From assembly GCA_038087875.1 (NCBI GenBank), contig CM075999.1, positions 4,032,001 to 4,096,000 of the forward strand: a stretch of 64,000 nt of DNA, given 5' to 3'. The notes under the pieces were generated by a model, which was given only the letters and a program-made list of their open reading frames with translations, made no database searches and was not told the origin of the DNA. This DNA is from Malacoraja senta (lineage: Eukaryota). The position numbers were made by a program, and so were the translations under genes. Below are positions 31,101-41,441 of this stretch, piece after piece; positions within the stretch are counted from its first letter, which is position 1; every line of letters begins with the position of its first letter.

Positions 31101-31262
31101 CCCAGACATGCTGCCTGTCCTGCTGAGTTAATCCAGCACTCTGTGTGTGTGTCTTTAATGAAATTCTCTCCTGTTTGCAGTTACAGCAGCGGCGGTGAAG
31201 ATGGTTACGTCAGGATACACCACTTTGATCCTCAGTACTTTGAGTTTGAGATGGAATTCTGA
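16048..31262 (+). CDS. EIF3I: Eukaryotic translation initiation factor 3 subunit I (WD40), exons 2-11
   Basis: Ten exons with canonical splice sites and consistent phases once small indels are corrected, from [15 protein letters not shown] to [26 protein letters not shown]. Exons 2, 5 and 6 carry frameshifting indels (probably assembly errors). ATG exon not seen. Confidence 0.96.
17057..17144 (+). CDS. EIF3I: EIF3I exon 3 (88 bp), followed by U12-type donor
   Basis: [29 protein letters not shown]; donor GTATCCTT. Confidence 0.93.
17145..18205 (+). other. U12-type (minor spliceosome) GT-AG intron of EIF3I
   Basis: 5' site GTATCCTTAA; branch box TTCTCCTTAAT at 18184-18194, about 11 nt before the AG, no polypyrimidine tract in between. 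Confidence 0.88.
18206..18271 (+). CDS. EIF3I: EIF3I exon 4 (66 bp)
   Basis: (W)[21 protein letters not shown]; gtgaga donor. Confidence 0.93.
18560..18710 (+). CDS. EIF3I: EIF3I exon 5 (1 extra T in run at 18682-18685)
   Basis: [41 protein letters not shown] then shifted DIRDPAQI; gtaaga donor. Confidence 0.9.
20443..20574 (+). CDS. EIF3I: EIF3I exon 6 (about 4 extra bases)
   Basis: [40 protein letters not shown] across frameshifts; tttag acceptor, gtaaga donor. Confidence 0.88.
23275..26170 (-). mobile_element. L1-clade LINE, 5'-truncated ORF2, with 16-bp target-site duplication
   Basis: [31 protein letters not shown]-terminal CNRC..HMFWSC; TSD ACCTTTCCTAAGTATT at 23259-23274 and 26171-26186. 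Confidence 0.92.
26467..26577 (+). CDS. EIF3I: EIF3I exon 7 (111 bp)
   Basis: [37 protein letters not shown]; gtaagc donor. Confidence 0.94.
27677..27766 (+). CDS. EIF3I: EIF3I exon 8 (90 bp)
   Basis: [30 protein letters not shown]; gtaagt donor. Confidence 0.94.
28321..28394 (+). CDS. EIF3I: EIF3I exon 9 (74 bp)
   Basis: [25 protein letters not shown]; gtacgt donor. Confidence 0.94.
29823..29915 (+). CDS. EIF3I: EIF3I exon 10 (93 bp)
   Basis: [31 protein letters not shown]; gtatgt donor. Confidence 0.94.
30660..30911. repeat. 48-bp minisatellite, about 5 copies
   Basis: GCAGCATGTGTCACCGTRCCCAGTGTCCCCATCCACAAACTGGGGTGG. Confidence 0.95.
31181..31262 (+). CDS. EIF3I: EIF3I terminal coding exon
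   Basis: [35 protein letters not shown] at 31316 and 31575 downstream. Confidence 0.94.
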
Positions 31263-33826
31263 AGTGTGAAGCGGAAGCATTGAATCCAAATTGTAACAGA
31301 GTCTTTATTTCATCAAATAAATACAGAAACATATTAGCAGCAACAGTTCCGTTCTGTCTGTTTCATTTATTACATACTTTACTTCATGTGCTTTGTTGGA
31401 CATTGCTTAACTCTACGCTCTCGCAAAGTCTGCTGTCATATTGCAATTTTGTACTTTGGACCAATTTGCCAAAAGCACCATTGAATGTTCTTTCGTGACG
31501 GAATTGGAAAGTTTATTGATTATGGTTATCCTATAAATTATGTTCCAAATGAACTCACTGGAATAATGTCCTGAAATAAAGACCCGAGTTTGTAAATTGT
31601 CAGTGGTGTTATTTTATTGGAAATGATAAGTGTTCTGGCTTATAGTGAAGTTACATTCCATGTGTGTTGTATGGCTCGTATAATTTCATGAGCAAAAATT
31701 AACAATCATTTTATTTTGCATAGGTATGACTAATTGTCCGGAGATTTTTTTCGGTATACATTGAGTTTTGGAATTTTTGCTGAATTAGCGGAAGGGAAAT
31801 GTTGTCGTTGTCTAGGGCGGCACGGTGGCGCAGCGGTAGAGTTGCTGCCTTGCGTCACTAGAGTCCCGGGTTCCATCCTGACTACAGGTGCTCTCTGTAC
31901 GGAGTTTGTACGTTCTCCCCGTGACCACGTGAGTTTTCTCCTGGTTCTCCGGTTTCCTCTCACATTACAAAGACACTGGTCCCACCTGCCCGCGTTTGGC
32001 CCATATCCCTCTAAACCTGTCCTATCCATGTACCTGTCCAAATGCTTGTTAAACATTGCGATAATCCCTGCAAACTATCACTTTAAAAGCTTAAATCTGG
32101 AAAAGATTCAATTTACAAATGGTCTGTGCATAAAAATAAACTTTATTTAAGTTTTCATTTTATATAAATACATATGCTTTGAAACTTTATTAAATGTGCA
32201 GAAATAACAAATGAGTTAAATGAGATACACGTCAATGTTTAGAACTCAACACTTCTCGGAGTTTGTCGAATATGAATCAACAAGTATCAGGTGGAGGAGA
32301 GGACTGGGGTGAACGCATCCTCAAAGTTCCCACAATTATTCAGGATAAGCCCACAGTTGTGTGACTCACATTGCAGGTTCTGCACAGTGGCCAGAAATGA
32401 CTAGAGTAAATGACCACTGCATCTTAATATTCACGCCTTAAAGTAACCTCACTTTTGACAGGTTCCGATATGATTATTCAAAATGACTGTGTCAGAGGTT
32501 ATGGGAAGAAGGCATAAGAATGGGGTTAGGAAGGAGAGATACCTCAGCCATGATTGAATGGTGGAGTAGACTTGATGGGCTGAATGGCCAAATTCTGCTC
32601 CTGTCACATGACTAGACAGAGATCAACATGATGTCAGTGATCTTGCTCTGTCGGGGGGTGGCATTGATTGGGGAGCGCTCACCATTTAATGGTTTGCGAT
32701 TCAAACACAATTCAGACAACTGAGTAAACCTGGAATGTGATTTATATCTGTGTTTATGTTTATAACAGCAAACCTGGATCCATGCACCAGTTCTCCTTCA
32801 CGTGAAGGGAAGTACATGGTTACACTTTGATATAGTTGGGAGCTGCATAGAAACATAGAAAATAGGTGCAGGAGTAGGCCATTCGGCCCTTCGAGCCAGC
32901 ACCGCCATTCAAGATGATCATGGCTGATCATCCACAATAATTCACCCATTCTGGCTTTTCCCTACCCAGATTCACAACTCTCTGGGTGAAAACGTTTCTC
33001 CTCATCTCCATCCTAAATGGCCGACCCCTTATTCTTACCGACCCTCTCGACACCAATGCGAACAGTTTCACCGCAGGCTGTAACTGTGAGGGAAATGATC
33101 AACCAACGAACTCTGAAGAAGGGTCTTGGCCCGAAACGCCACCTATTCCTTTTCTCCAGAGATGCTGCCTGTCCCGCTGAGTTACTCCAGCATTGTTTTG
33201 TCTATCTTCGGTGGAAACCAGCATCTGCAGTTCCTTCCTACACAAACTCCCAACTTTGGACTGACAGCGAAAGAGAATCATTCGGAAAGAAATCTGAACT
33301 GTCCAATGGATTATCAAAAGCCTGACCTCAGGAATGATGGAGACTCCAAGCACAGTCTCCCAGCTTGGGTGAAATGTCACCAGACGGGAACGTGGTCTCA
33401 GCTTCTCTCCCCAAGGATACTGCCCAACCGCTGAGCATTGCAGCATTCAGGTATCCCTACAGTGAATCTGGCGGCCTCAGCACGGGGCCATCTCACTCAT
33501 CCCTACATCCGTCTCCCTCCTCCTCGAAGGAAACAAGTCCGTGTACAAGTGGACCTTCACTGGTCTGGCCACACCCGGATATTTTAAAAATCAGTATGAG
33601 TTCACAACTCTTTAATCACATTTCTTGCCAGAAGACCAAGTAGGAAAAGTAAAATAACAATCATGTTTTCAACTTTATTCAAAAATAATTGTTTCCTCAG
33701 ATGGAAACGTGTTCCTTATCTGTCCTCCCTTGACCGGTGTGTGGGTAAGGCCCATTGTCAGTGACGACCTTTGGCCCAGTGACCCTGTGGGATGGTGCTG
33801 ACCTTCATGGACATAGATCGTGGACA

Positions 33827-33999
33827 TTAGACGAACACTGGAACGCTGGGCGCCGCTGGCGTCTCGTCCCCCTCCGCCGCCGCCAGCGTTGCGGAGTTTG
33901 TTGCCGGTGGTTTTCTCCAGCTCTGCCTCATCAGGTGCTGCACCTGCTCCCAGGCCTCCTCCTGGTGCTCTGCTGATTGTTTCCACCTGAGGAACACAC
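33827..33999 (-). CDS. MTMR9-like terminal coding exon
   Basis: gtttccag acceptor; [30 protein letters not shown]; minus-strand AATAAA at 33674-33679. Confidence 0.8.
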
Positions 34000-36900
34000 C
34001 TGGAAACACAAGCACAGCCGTGACTGACAGACACATCTCAGAGCACTGGTGTGGGCCGCAGCAGTCCAGAAACGTGGCCCTGAACCTTCTAAAAGACAAT
34101 CCCACCCGTCTCCTCCATCCATGCCCTCCCCTCATCCCAACTTGTGGAGGAAGGAACTGCAGATGCTGGGTTAAACCGAACATAAACACAAAATGCTGGA
34201 GTAACTCAGCGGGACAGGCAGCATCTCTGGAGAGAAGGAATAGGTGACGTTTCGGGTCAAGACCTTCAGACTTCAGTCTTGGCCCAAAATGTCACCCATT
34301 CCTTCTCTCCAGAGATGCTAGCTGTCCTGCTGAGTTGCTCCAGCATTTTGTGTCTCCCATCAACATCCATCCAGCTCCCGACCCAGAAACATCACCTATT
34401 GAGATTTTCCTCAAACAACTGGAAGAACTGCAGCTCAGACTCTTTGGGTAATTCGCAACCCAACAGGTTGAATATTGAATTCTCCCGCACCGTAAGGCCC
34501 TTCATGCTCTCTCTCTCTTTGCCTGGACTCACCCCCACCCTGGAGTCTCAGGGCAAGGGTCAGTTTATGCAGACCAGCACCAAAGAGTAACATCTTATGA
34601 ACAGAGGCACCAGAGATCGCAGATGTTGGTATCTGGAGCTCAGTGCTGGAGGAACTCAGCTGGGTCAAACAACATCTGTGGGGGGAATGGACAGTTAAGG
34701 ATTTGTGTCGAGACCCTTCAGTCTCCACATATCTAGCATAATGTTCTGTGATATTGACTGATGAATAAGTGATCCTTCACCGTATCTGAGAGAGCGAGGA
34801 GGCCTCGGTGTAACATCTGGTCCCTGCTCTCTAGCTGTACACATCTGGCAACCTCTGCCGGCTCCAGCCACCTCTGTGCCGGTACCTACCGTGCCAAAGC
34901 TGCAAGCTCTGTGGTGCCACCGATGGCCAGATGGCCAAGCTGTTTCGTTCGTAGAGTGGGTTGAGATATTGTTCACGCTCTGACGGGCTGTTCAGCTTTG
35001 CCCATAAGGATATAGTCCGCTCCTTCACTTTCAGCATCAACCTGCCAACCACGAGGGAACAGTTAGCAGTGGAGTGAGCGAGAGACTCCAGTCGTCAACC
35101 CAACCCACGCTGGAGCTCAGGAAATTCCCTCCATGTCCCCAAGTCCCGCTTAAGCTGCACCTTTAAATAAACCCCAACAATTGATTTTATTTTGAATTGA
35201 AATATTTTCTTTCTTCCTAGTTTCTGCATCATGCTATAGGAAAGATGTTGTCAAGCTGGAAAGGGTGCAGAGAAGATTTACGAGGATGATAATTTACGAG
35301 AAGATTTACGGGGACTCGAGGGTCTGAGTTATCAGCAGAGGTTGAGTAGGCTGGGACTCTATTCCTTGGAGCGCAGGAGGATGAGGAGTGATCTTATTGA
35401 GGTGTATAAAATCATGAGAGGAATAGATCGGGTAGACGCACAGAGTCTCTTGCCCAGAGTAGGGGAATCGAGGACCAGAGGACATAGGTTCAAGGTGAAG
35501 GGGAAAAGATTTAATAGGAATCTGAGGAGTAACTTTCTTCACACAAAGGGTGGTGGGTGTATGGAACGAGCTGCCAGAGGAGGTAGTTGAGGCTGGGACT
35601 ATCCCGACGTTTGAGGAATAGTTAGACAGGTACATGGATAGGACAGGTTTAGAGGGATATGGGCCAAACGCAAGCAGGTGGGACTAGTGTAGATGGGACA
35701 TGTTAGCCGGTGTGAGCAGGTTGGGCCGAAGGGCCTGTTTCCACACTGTATCAACTCTGACTCTATCCCACTAAGCTCCCGATTTAAAACCACTGGGTAA
35801 TGAAGAGTAAAACACAAAGTAATAATAATAATAATAATAGATTTATTTTATATAGCGCTTTTCAGGACTCAAAGTCGCTTTACAATTGAGAGTCAGGAAT
35901 AAACAAAACAAAATAGAGCAGTAAGACAGAGGGGAGGAGAACATGGGACTAAGGGTATGCAGATGTGAAGAGATGGGTCTTGAGGCGGGACTGGAAGATG
36001 GTGAGGGACTCAGAATTTCGGACCGGTTGTGGGAGGGAATTCCAGAGCCTGGGAGCTGCCCTGGAGAAGGCTCTGCCTCCAAAAGTGCAGAGGTTTGAAT
36101 TCGGAGTGGAGAGGAGACCAGCTGATGTGGATCTGAGGGACCGTGAGGGTTGGTAGGGGGAGAGGAGGTCAATGAGATAAGGGGGGGCCAGGTTGTTGAG
36201 GGCTTTGTAGGTGAGGACCAGGATTTTGTAGGTGATCCGGTGGGAAATGGGAAGCCAGTGAAGTTCTTTGAGAACTGGGGTGATGTGGTGCCAGGAGTTG
36301 GTGTGGGTAATGAGTCGGGCGGCTGCATTCTGGACCAGTTGGAGTCGTTTGATGCTGCTGGAATTGATTCCGAAAAGAAGAGAGTTACAGTAGTCCAGTC
36401 GGGAGGAGATGAAGGCATGGATGAGTCTTTCAGCAGCGGGGGGTGTGAGAGACGATCTGATTTTTGCAATGTTGCGGAGGTGAAAAAATGATGTTTTGAC
36501 AACATGGCGGATGTGAGGCTCAAGGGAGAGGGTTGAGTCAAGGATCACGCCAAGGTTGCGTGCCTGAGGAGATGGGGAGACAGTGGTGCCGTCGATAGTG
36601 AGAGTGGGGTTGTTGATTTTAGTGAGTGTTGATTTGGAGCCAATGAGGAGAAATTCTGTTTTGCTACTGTTTAATTTAAGGAAGTTGAGTTGCATCCAAA
36701 ATTTGATGGCTGATAGGCAGGAGTTGATATGGGAGAGAGGGGGGTGGTGGGGGGACTTGGTGCTGAGATAGATCTGGGTGTCATCAGCATAGCAGTGGAA
36801 GTCCAGTTTGAAGTGACGGAGTATATGACCAAGGGGGAGGATGTAGATGATGAAGAGGAGGGGACCAAGAACGGAGCCTTGGGGAACGCCTTGAGTGACA

Positions 36901-39829
36901 GTGGCTGTGGCAGAGGTGTGGTTATGGAGAGAGATGAAGTGGGATCGGTTGGAAAGGTAAGAACGGAACCAGCTGAGTGCAGAACCTTCAATGCCAAGGT
37001 CCCTAAGTCTGGTGAGCAAGTACTGGAGGAACTCATTGGGTCAGGCAGCATCTGCGGAGGGAATGGACAGATGATGTTTCAGGTTGGGACCCTTCCTCAG
37101 AGTGTGAAACCAAGGATGTTTTGCTGTTTGAGAACTTCTTAGACCAGCTCCGGAAATCAAAGTTCAGTAAGCATAATCAATAGTGTAACAATATTTAAAA
37201 GCCACTCACATGGACAAGTACATGGATAGGAAAGATTTAGAGTAATATGGGCCATACGTGGGCAGGTGGGGCTAATGTAGATGGGACATGTTGGTCGGCA
37301 TGGACAAGTTGGGCCGAATGGCCTGTTTCCATGCTGTACCACTCTACAACTCATCAGATCAAAGGGATGCAGGATCTTGCAAATGCTGAGCCGTTTATTA
37401 TTTCTGATCAATTCTTCACAAGAGGGTCAAGGCGATCGTGGAGTGCCTGTATGATATTCTGGCCATGTTTAACATATTCACTCCTCAATTTTAATATCAA
37501 TATAAATTGATGAATCATGTAATTTCAACAATGGCTAGAAGGTCACTCGCTGGAAAAATCGAAGGTAGATGAAAATGGTGGAGTAACTCAGCGGGTGAGG
37601 CAGCATCATTGGAGTGAAGGAATAGGCGACATTTCGGGTCGAGACCCTTCTTCTGTAACCTGATGAGATGGGGGAGGGGGGGGTGAAGTATGGAGAGGTC
37701 AGCACAAGGTGAGGAACTGACCAAGCCCCAGGGTCTGGTGTAACCGTGGGAACTCTGTGTCGTGTCCACAGGGCAGAGGGTGAGGGGACAACAGATGTCC
37801 ACGACCTGGTCTCCATTGGGCTTGGTGGACATGGACGTCCCATTCAGAGGGAGACCACTAGATGGCAGCATGTCCCACAGTGAGGAGCACACGCGTGTCT
37901 ATCCCAGCACGTGTGGCCCACGCGAGGCCCCGGTCCACGGTACACGGTACACGGTCCCACCTTTGTGCGGGGTCGTTGCCCAGGAAGGTGCCGCAACACG
38001 AGGCGTAGGCGTGCTGGAAGAGAGCGACCAAGAGGTGCGGCTGGAACTCGAAACATCGCGGGAACTGGCGACAAATCTGCCAACATCCGTCCAGGAAGAG
38101 CAGGAAGATGGGCGACTCGGCACCGGGCCGGGCGTGGGAGTAGGCCGAGGCTGCACAGCGGGCAGAGAACGGGTGGCCAGCCTGGGGGGGGGGGAGGAGA
38201 GATACATGTACACCGCGTCCACTCCACCCTCATACCGCCCCTCACCCAACCCCACCATCACCCCCATCCCCACCCCCACCATCACCTCCAACCCCACCAT
38301 CACCCCCATCCCCATCCCCACCATCACCCCCACCCCCATCCCCACCTCCACCCCCATCCCCACCCCCACCATCACCTCCAACCCCACCATCACCCCATCC
38401 CCACCCCCACCATCACCCCCATCCCCATCCCCACCATCACCCCCACCCCCATCCCCACCTCCACCCCCATCCCCACCCCCACCATCACCCCATCCCCACC
38501 ATCACCCCCATCCCCATCCCCACCATCACCCCCACCCCCATCCCCACCTCCACCCCCATCCCCACCCCCACCATCACCTCCAACCCCACCATCACCCCAT
38601 CCCCACCCCCACCATCACCCCATCCCCCACCCCCACCATCACCCCCATCCCCACCCCCACCATCACCCCCATCCCCACCCCCACCATCACCCCATCCCAC
38701 CCCTACCATCACCTCCAACCCCACCATCACCCCATCCCCTCCCCCACCATCACCCCATCCCCACCATCACCCCCATCCCCACCCCCACCATCACCCCCAT
38801 CCCCACCCCCACCATCACCCCCATCCCCATCCCACCCCCACCATCACCTCCAACCCCACCATCACCCCATCCCCTCCCCCACCATCACCCCATCCCCACC
38901 ATCACCCCCATCCCCACCCCCACCATCACCTCCAACCCCACCATCACCCCATCCCCTCCCCCACCATCACCCCATCCCCACCATCACCCCCATCCCCACC
39001 CCCACCATCACCCCCATCCCCACCCCCACCATCACCCCCATCCCCACCCCCACCATCACCCCCATCCCCACCCCCACCATCACCCCCATCCCCACCCCCA
39101 CCATCACCTCCAACCCCACCATCACCCCCATCCCCACCACCACCATCACCCCCACCCCCATCCCCGCCATCGTACCTGCAACCACTCCCGCTCGAGCAGC
39201 GACTGGAAGCCCAGCACCGTCCGGCAGTCTGGGTCCAGGATGATCTGGGCCAATGAGGTGACCTGTAGCGTGGCGTCCCTGCCCTCTGACCCCTGGACCA
39301 GCACCGACCCCTCCTCCCTGCACACAGAGCACCCATCAGCACCCATCACTACAGCACCCAGCAATACAGCACCCATCACTACAGCACCCATCACTACAGC
39401 ACCCATCAGCACCCATCACTACAGCACCCATCACTACAGCACCCAGCACTAAAGCACCCATCACTACAGCACCCATCCTCACCCAACACCTCCCGTGCCC
39501 GAAGCGTACCCCACCTATCCACACACTGCATGGAGGGAAGGGGACGGTGCTGAGCCCCCTGCACCCCCTCTCCCCTGCACCCCCTCTCCCCCTGCACCCC
39601 CTCTCCCCCTGCACCCTCTCTCCCCCTGCACCCCCTCTCTCCCCTGTGTACACGTGGCGTACCCCACCTGTCCACACACTGTGCCACCAGGCAGGCGGTG
39701 GTGAGCAGGGTCTTGACGTGCTCCAGCCAGCGACACGCCTCCAGTTTGCTGAGCCAGCGGTCCACACTGGTGGACGAGTCATTGCAGGCATCGAGCAGCT
39801 TCACCAGGCTCTCCTGCAGCCCCCGGCCC
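33827..39829 (-). CDS. Myotubularin-related protein 9-like pseudophosphatase, last five coding exons (positional counterpart of human MTMR9LP)
   Basis: Exons 39668-39829, 39176-39317, 37961-38181, 34890-35041, 33827-33999 splice in frame; motifs [60 protein letters not shown] are typical of MTMR9; the catalytic Cys is absent ([10 protein letters not shown]). Confidence 0.9.
34890..35041 (-). CDS. MTMR9-like exon (152 bp)
   Basis: [50 protein letters not shown]; gtaggt donor. Confidence 0.9.
35821..37019 (-). mobile_element. L2-clade LINE, 5'-truncated, open 356-aa RT frame
   Basis: [37 protein letters not shown]; (TTA)n tail; in an MTMR9-like intron. Confidence 0.9.
37853..37870 (+). promoter_or_regulatory. 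Candidate CTCF site
   Basis: GACCACTAGATGGCAGCA matches the CCASYAGRKGGCRS core; motif match only. Confidence 0.45.
37961..38181 (-). CDS. MTMR9-like exon (221 bp)
   Basis: [74 protein letters not shown]. Confidence 0.9.
38245..39170. repeat. C-rich low-complexity minisatellite (about 24-bp unit)
   Basis: CCCACCATCACCCCCATCCCCACC variants fill most of one MTMR9-like intron. Confidence 0.95.
39176..39317 (-). CDS. MTMR9-like exon (142 bp)
   Basis: [47 protein letters not shown]; gtgcag / gtacga. Confidence 0.9.
39328..39477. repeat. Short tandem repeat ACAGCACCCATCACT
   Basis: About 10 degenerate copies; a second array (CCCCTGCACCCCCTCT) follows at about 39555-39645. Confidence 0.85.
39668..39829 (-). 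CDS. MTMR9-like exon (162 bp)
   Basis: [54 protein letters not shown]; ttctgcag / gtgggg. Confidence 0.9.
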
Positions 39830-39911
39830 CTGCAGAACAACATTACGATCACATACAGCACGGTACCAGGCCCTTCCACACCGCGTCCACCCCCCCACCG
39901 GCAATCACCAC

Positions 39912-41241
39912 CCACACTGGCAGCACCCTCGTACACACTGGCAGCACCCTCGTACACACTGGCACCCTCGTACACACACTGGCACCCTCGTACACACTGG
40001 CACCCTCGTACACACTGGCACCCTCGTACACACTGGCACCCTCGTACACACACTGGCACCCTCGTACACACACTGGCACCCTCGTACACACTGGCAGCAC
40101 CCTCGTACACACTGGCACCCTCGTACACACACTGGCACCCTCGTACACACACTGGCAGAACCCTCGTACACACTGGCACCCTCGTACACACAGTGGCACC
40201 CTCGTAAACACACTGGCACCCTCGTACACACACTGGCACCCTCGTACACACTGGCAGCACCCTCGTACACACTGGCACCCTCGTACACACACTGGCACCC
40301 TCGTACACACTGGCACCCTCGTACACACTGGCACCCTCGTACACACTGGCACCCTCGTACACACACTGGCACCCTCGTACACACTGGCAGCACCCTCGTA
40401 CACACTGGCACCCTCGTACACACACTGGCACCCTCGTACACACACTGGCAGAACCCTCGTACACACTGGCACCCTCGTACACACACTGGCACCCTCGTAC
40501 ACACACTGGCACCCTCGTACACACACTGGCAGAACCCTCGTACACACTGGCACCCTCGTACACACTGGCACCCTCGTACACACTGGCACCCTCGTACACA
40601 CTGGCAGAACCCTCGTACACACACTGGCACCCTCGTACACACTGGCACCCTCGTACATACACTGGCCGAACCCTCGTACACACTGGCACCCTCGTACACA
40701 CACTGGCCGACCCTCGTACACACTGGCCGAACCCTCGTACACACTGGCCGAACCCTCGTACACACACTGGCCGAACCCTCGTACACACACTGGCCGAACC
40801 CTCGTACACACACTGGCAGAACCCTCGTACACACTGGCACCCTCGTACACACTGGCACCCTCGTACACACACTGGCAGAACCCTCGTACACACTGGCACC
40901 CTCGTACACACTGGCACCCTCGTACACACTGGCACCCTCGTACACACACTGGCACCCTCGTACACACACTGGCAGAACCCTCGTACACACTGGCACCCTC
41001 GTACACACTGGCACCCTCGTACACACTGGCACCCTCGTACACACACTGGCACCCTCGTACACACACTGGCAGAACCCTCGTACACACTGGCACCCTCGTA
41101 CACACTGGCACCCTCGTACACACACTGGCAGAACCCTCGTACACACTGGCACCCTCGTACACACTGGCACCCTCGTACACACTGGCACCCTCGTACACAC
41201 ACTGGCACCCTCGTACACACACTGGCAGAACCCTCGTACAC
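39912..41241. repeat. 18-23-bp minisatellite running into the gap
   Basis: CACACTGGCA(GAA/GCA)CCCTCGTA(CA) repeated for more than 1.3 kb. Confidence 0.97.
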
Positions 41242-41441
41242 NNNNNNNNNNNNNNNNNNNNNNNNNNNNNNNNNNNNNNNNNNNNNNNNNNNNNNNNNNN
41301 NNNNNNNNNNNNNNNNNNNNNNNNNNNNNNNNNNNNNNNNNNNNNNNNNNNNNNNNNNNNNNNNNNNNNNNNNNNNNNNNNNNNNNNNNNNNNNNNNNNN
41401 NNNNNNNNNNNNNNNNNNNNNNNNNNNNNNNNNNNNNNNNN
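41242..41441. other. Assembly gap (200 N)
   Basis: N run. Confidence 1.

Noticed and set aside
16048..31262. EIF3I as a pseudogene
   Set aside because: Lesions cluster near a contig end, splice sites are intact and the protein is highly conserved; assembly error is more likely.
37762..39452. 493-aa and 513-aa Pro/His/Thr-rich ORFs (extensin- or mucin-like)
   Set aside because: Stop-free C-rich repeat, antisense to real MTMR9-like exons.
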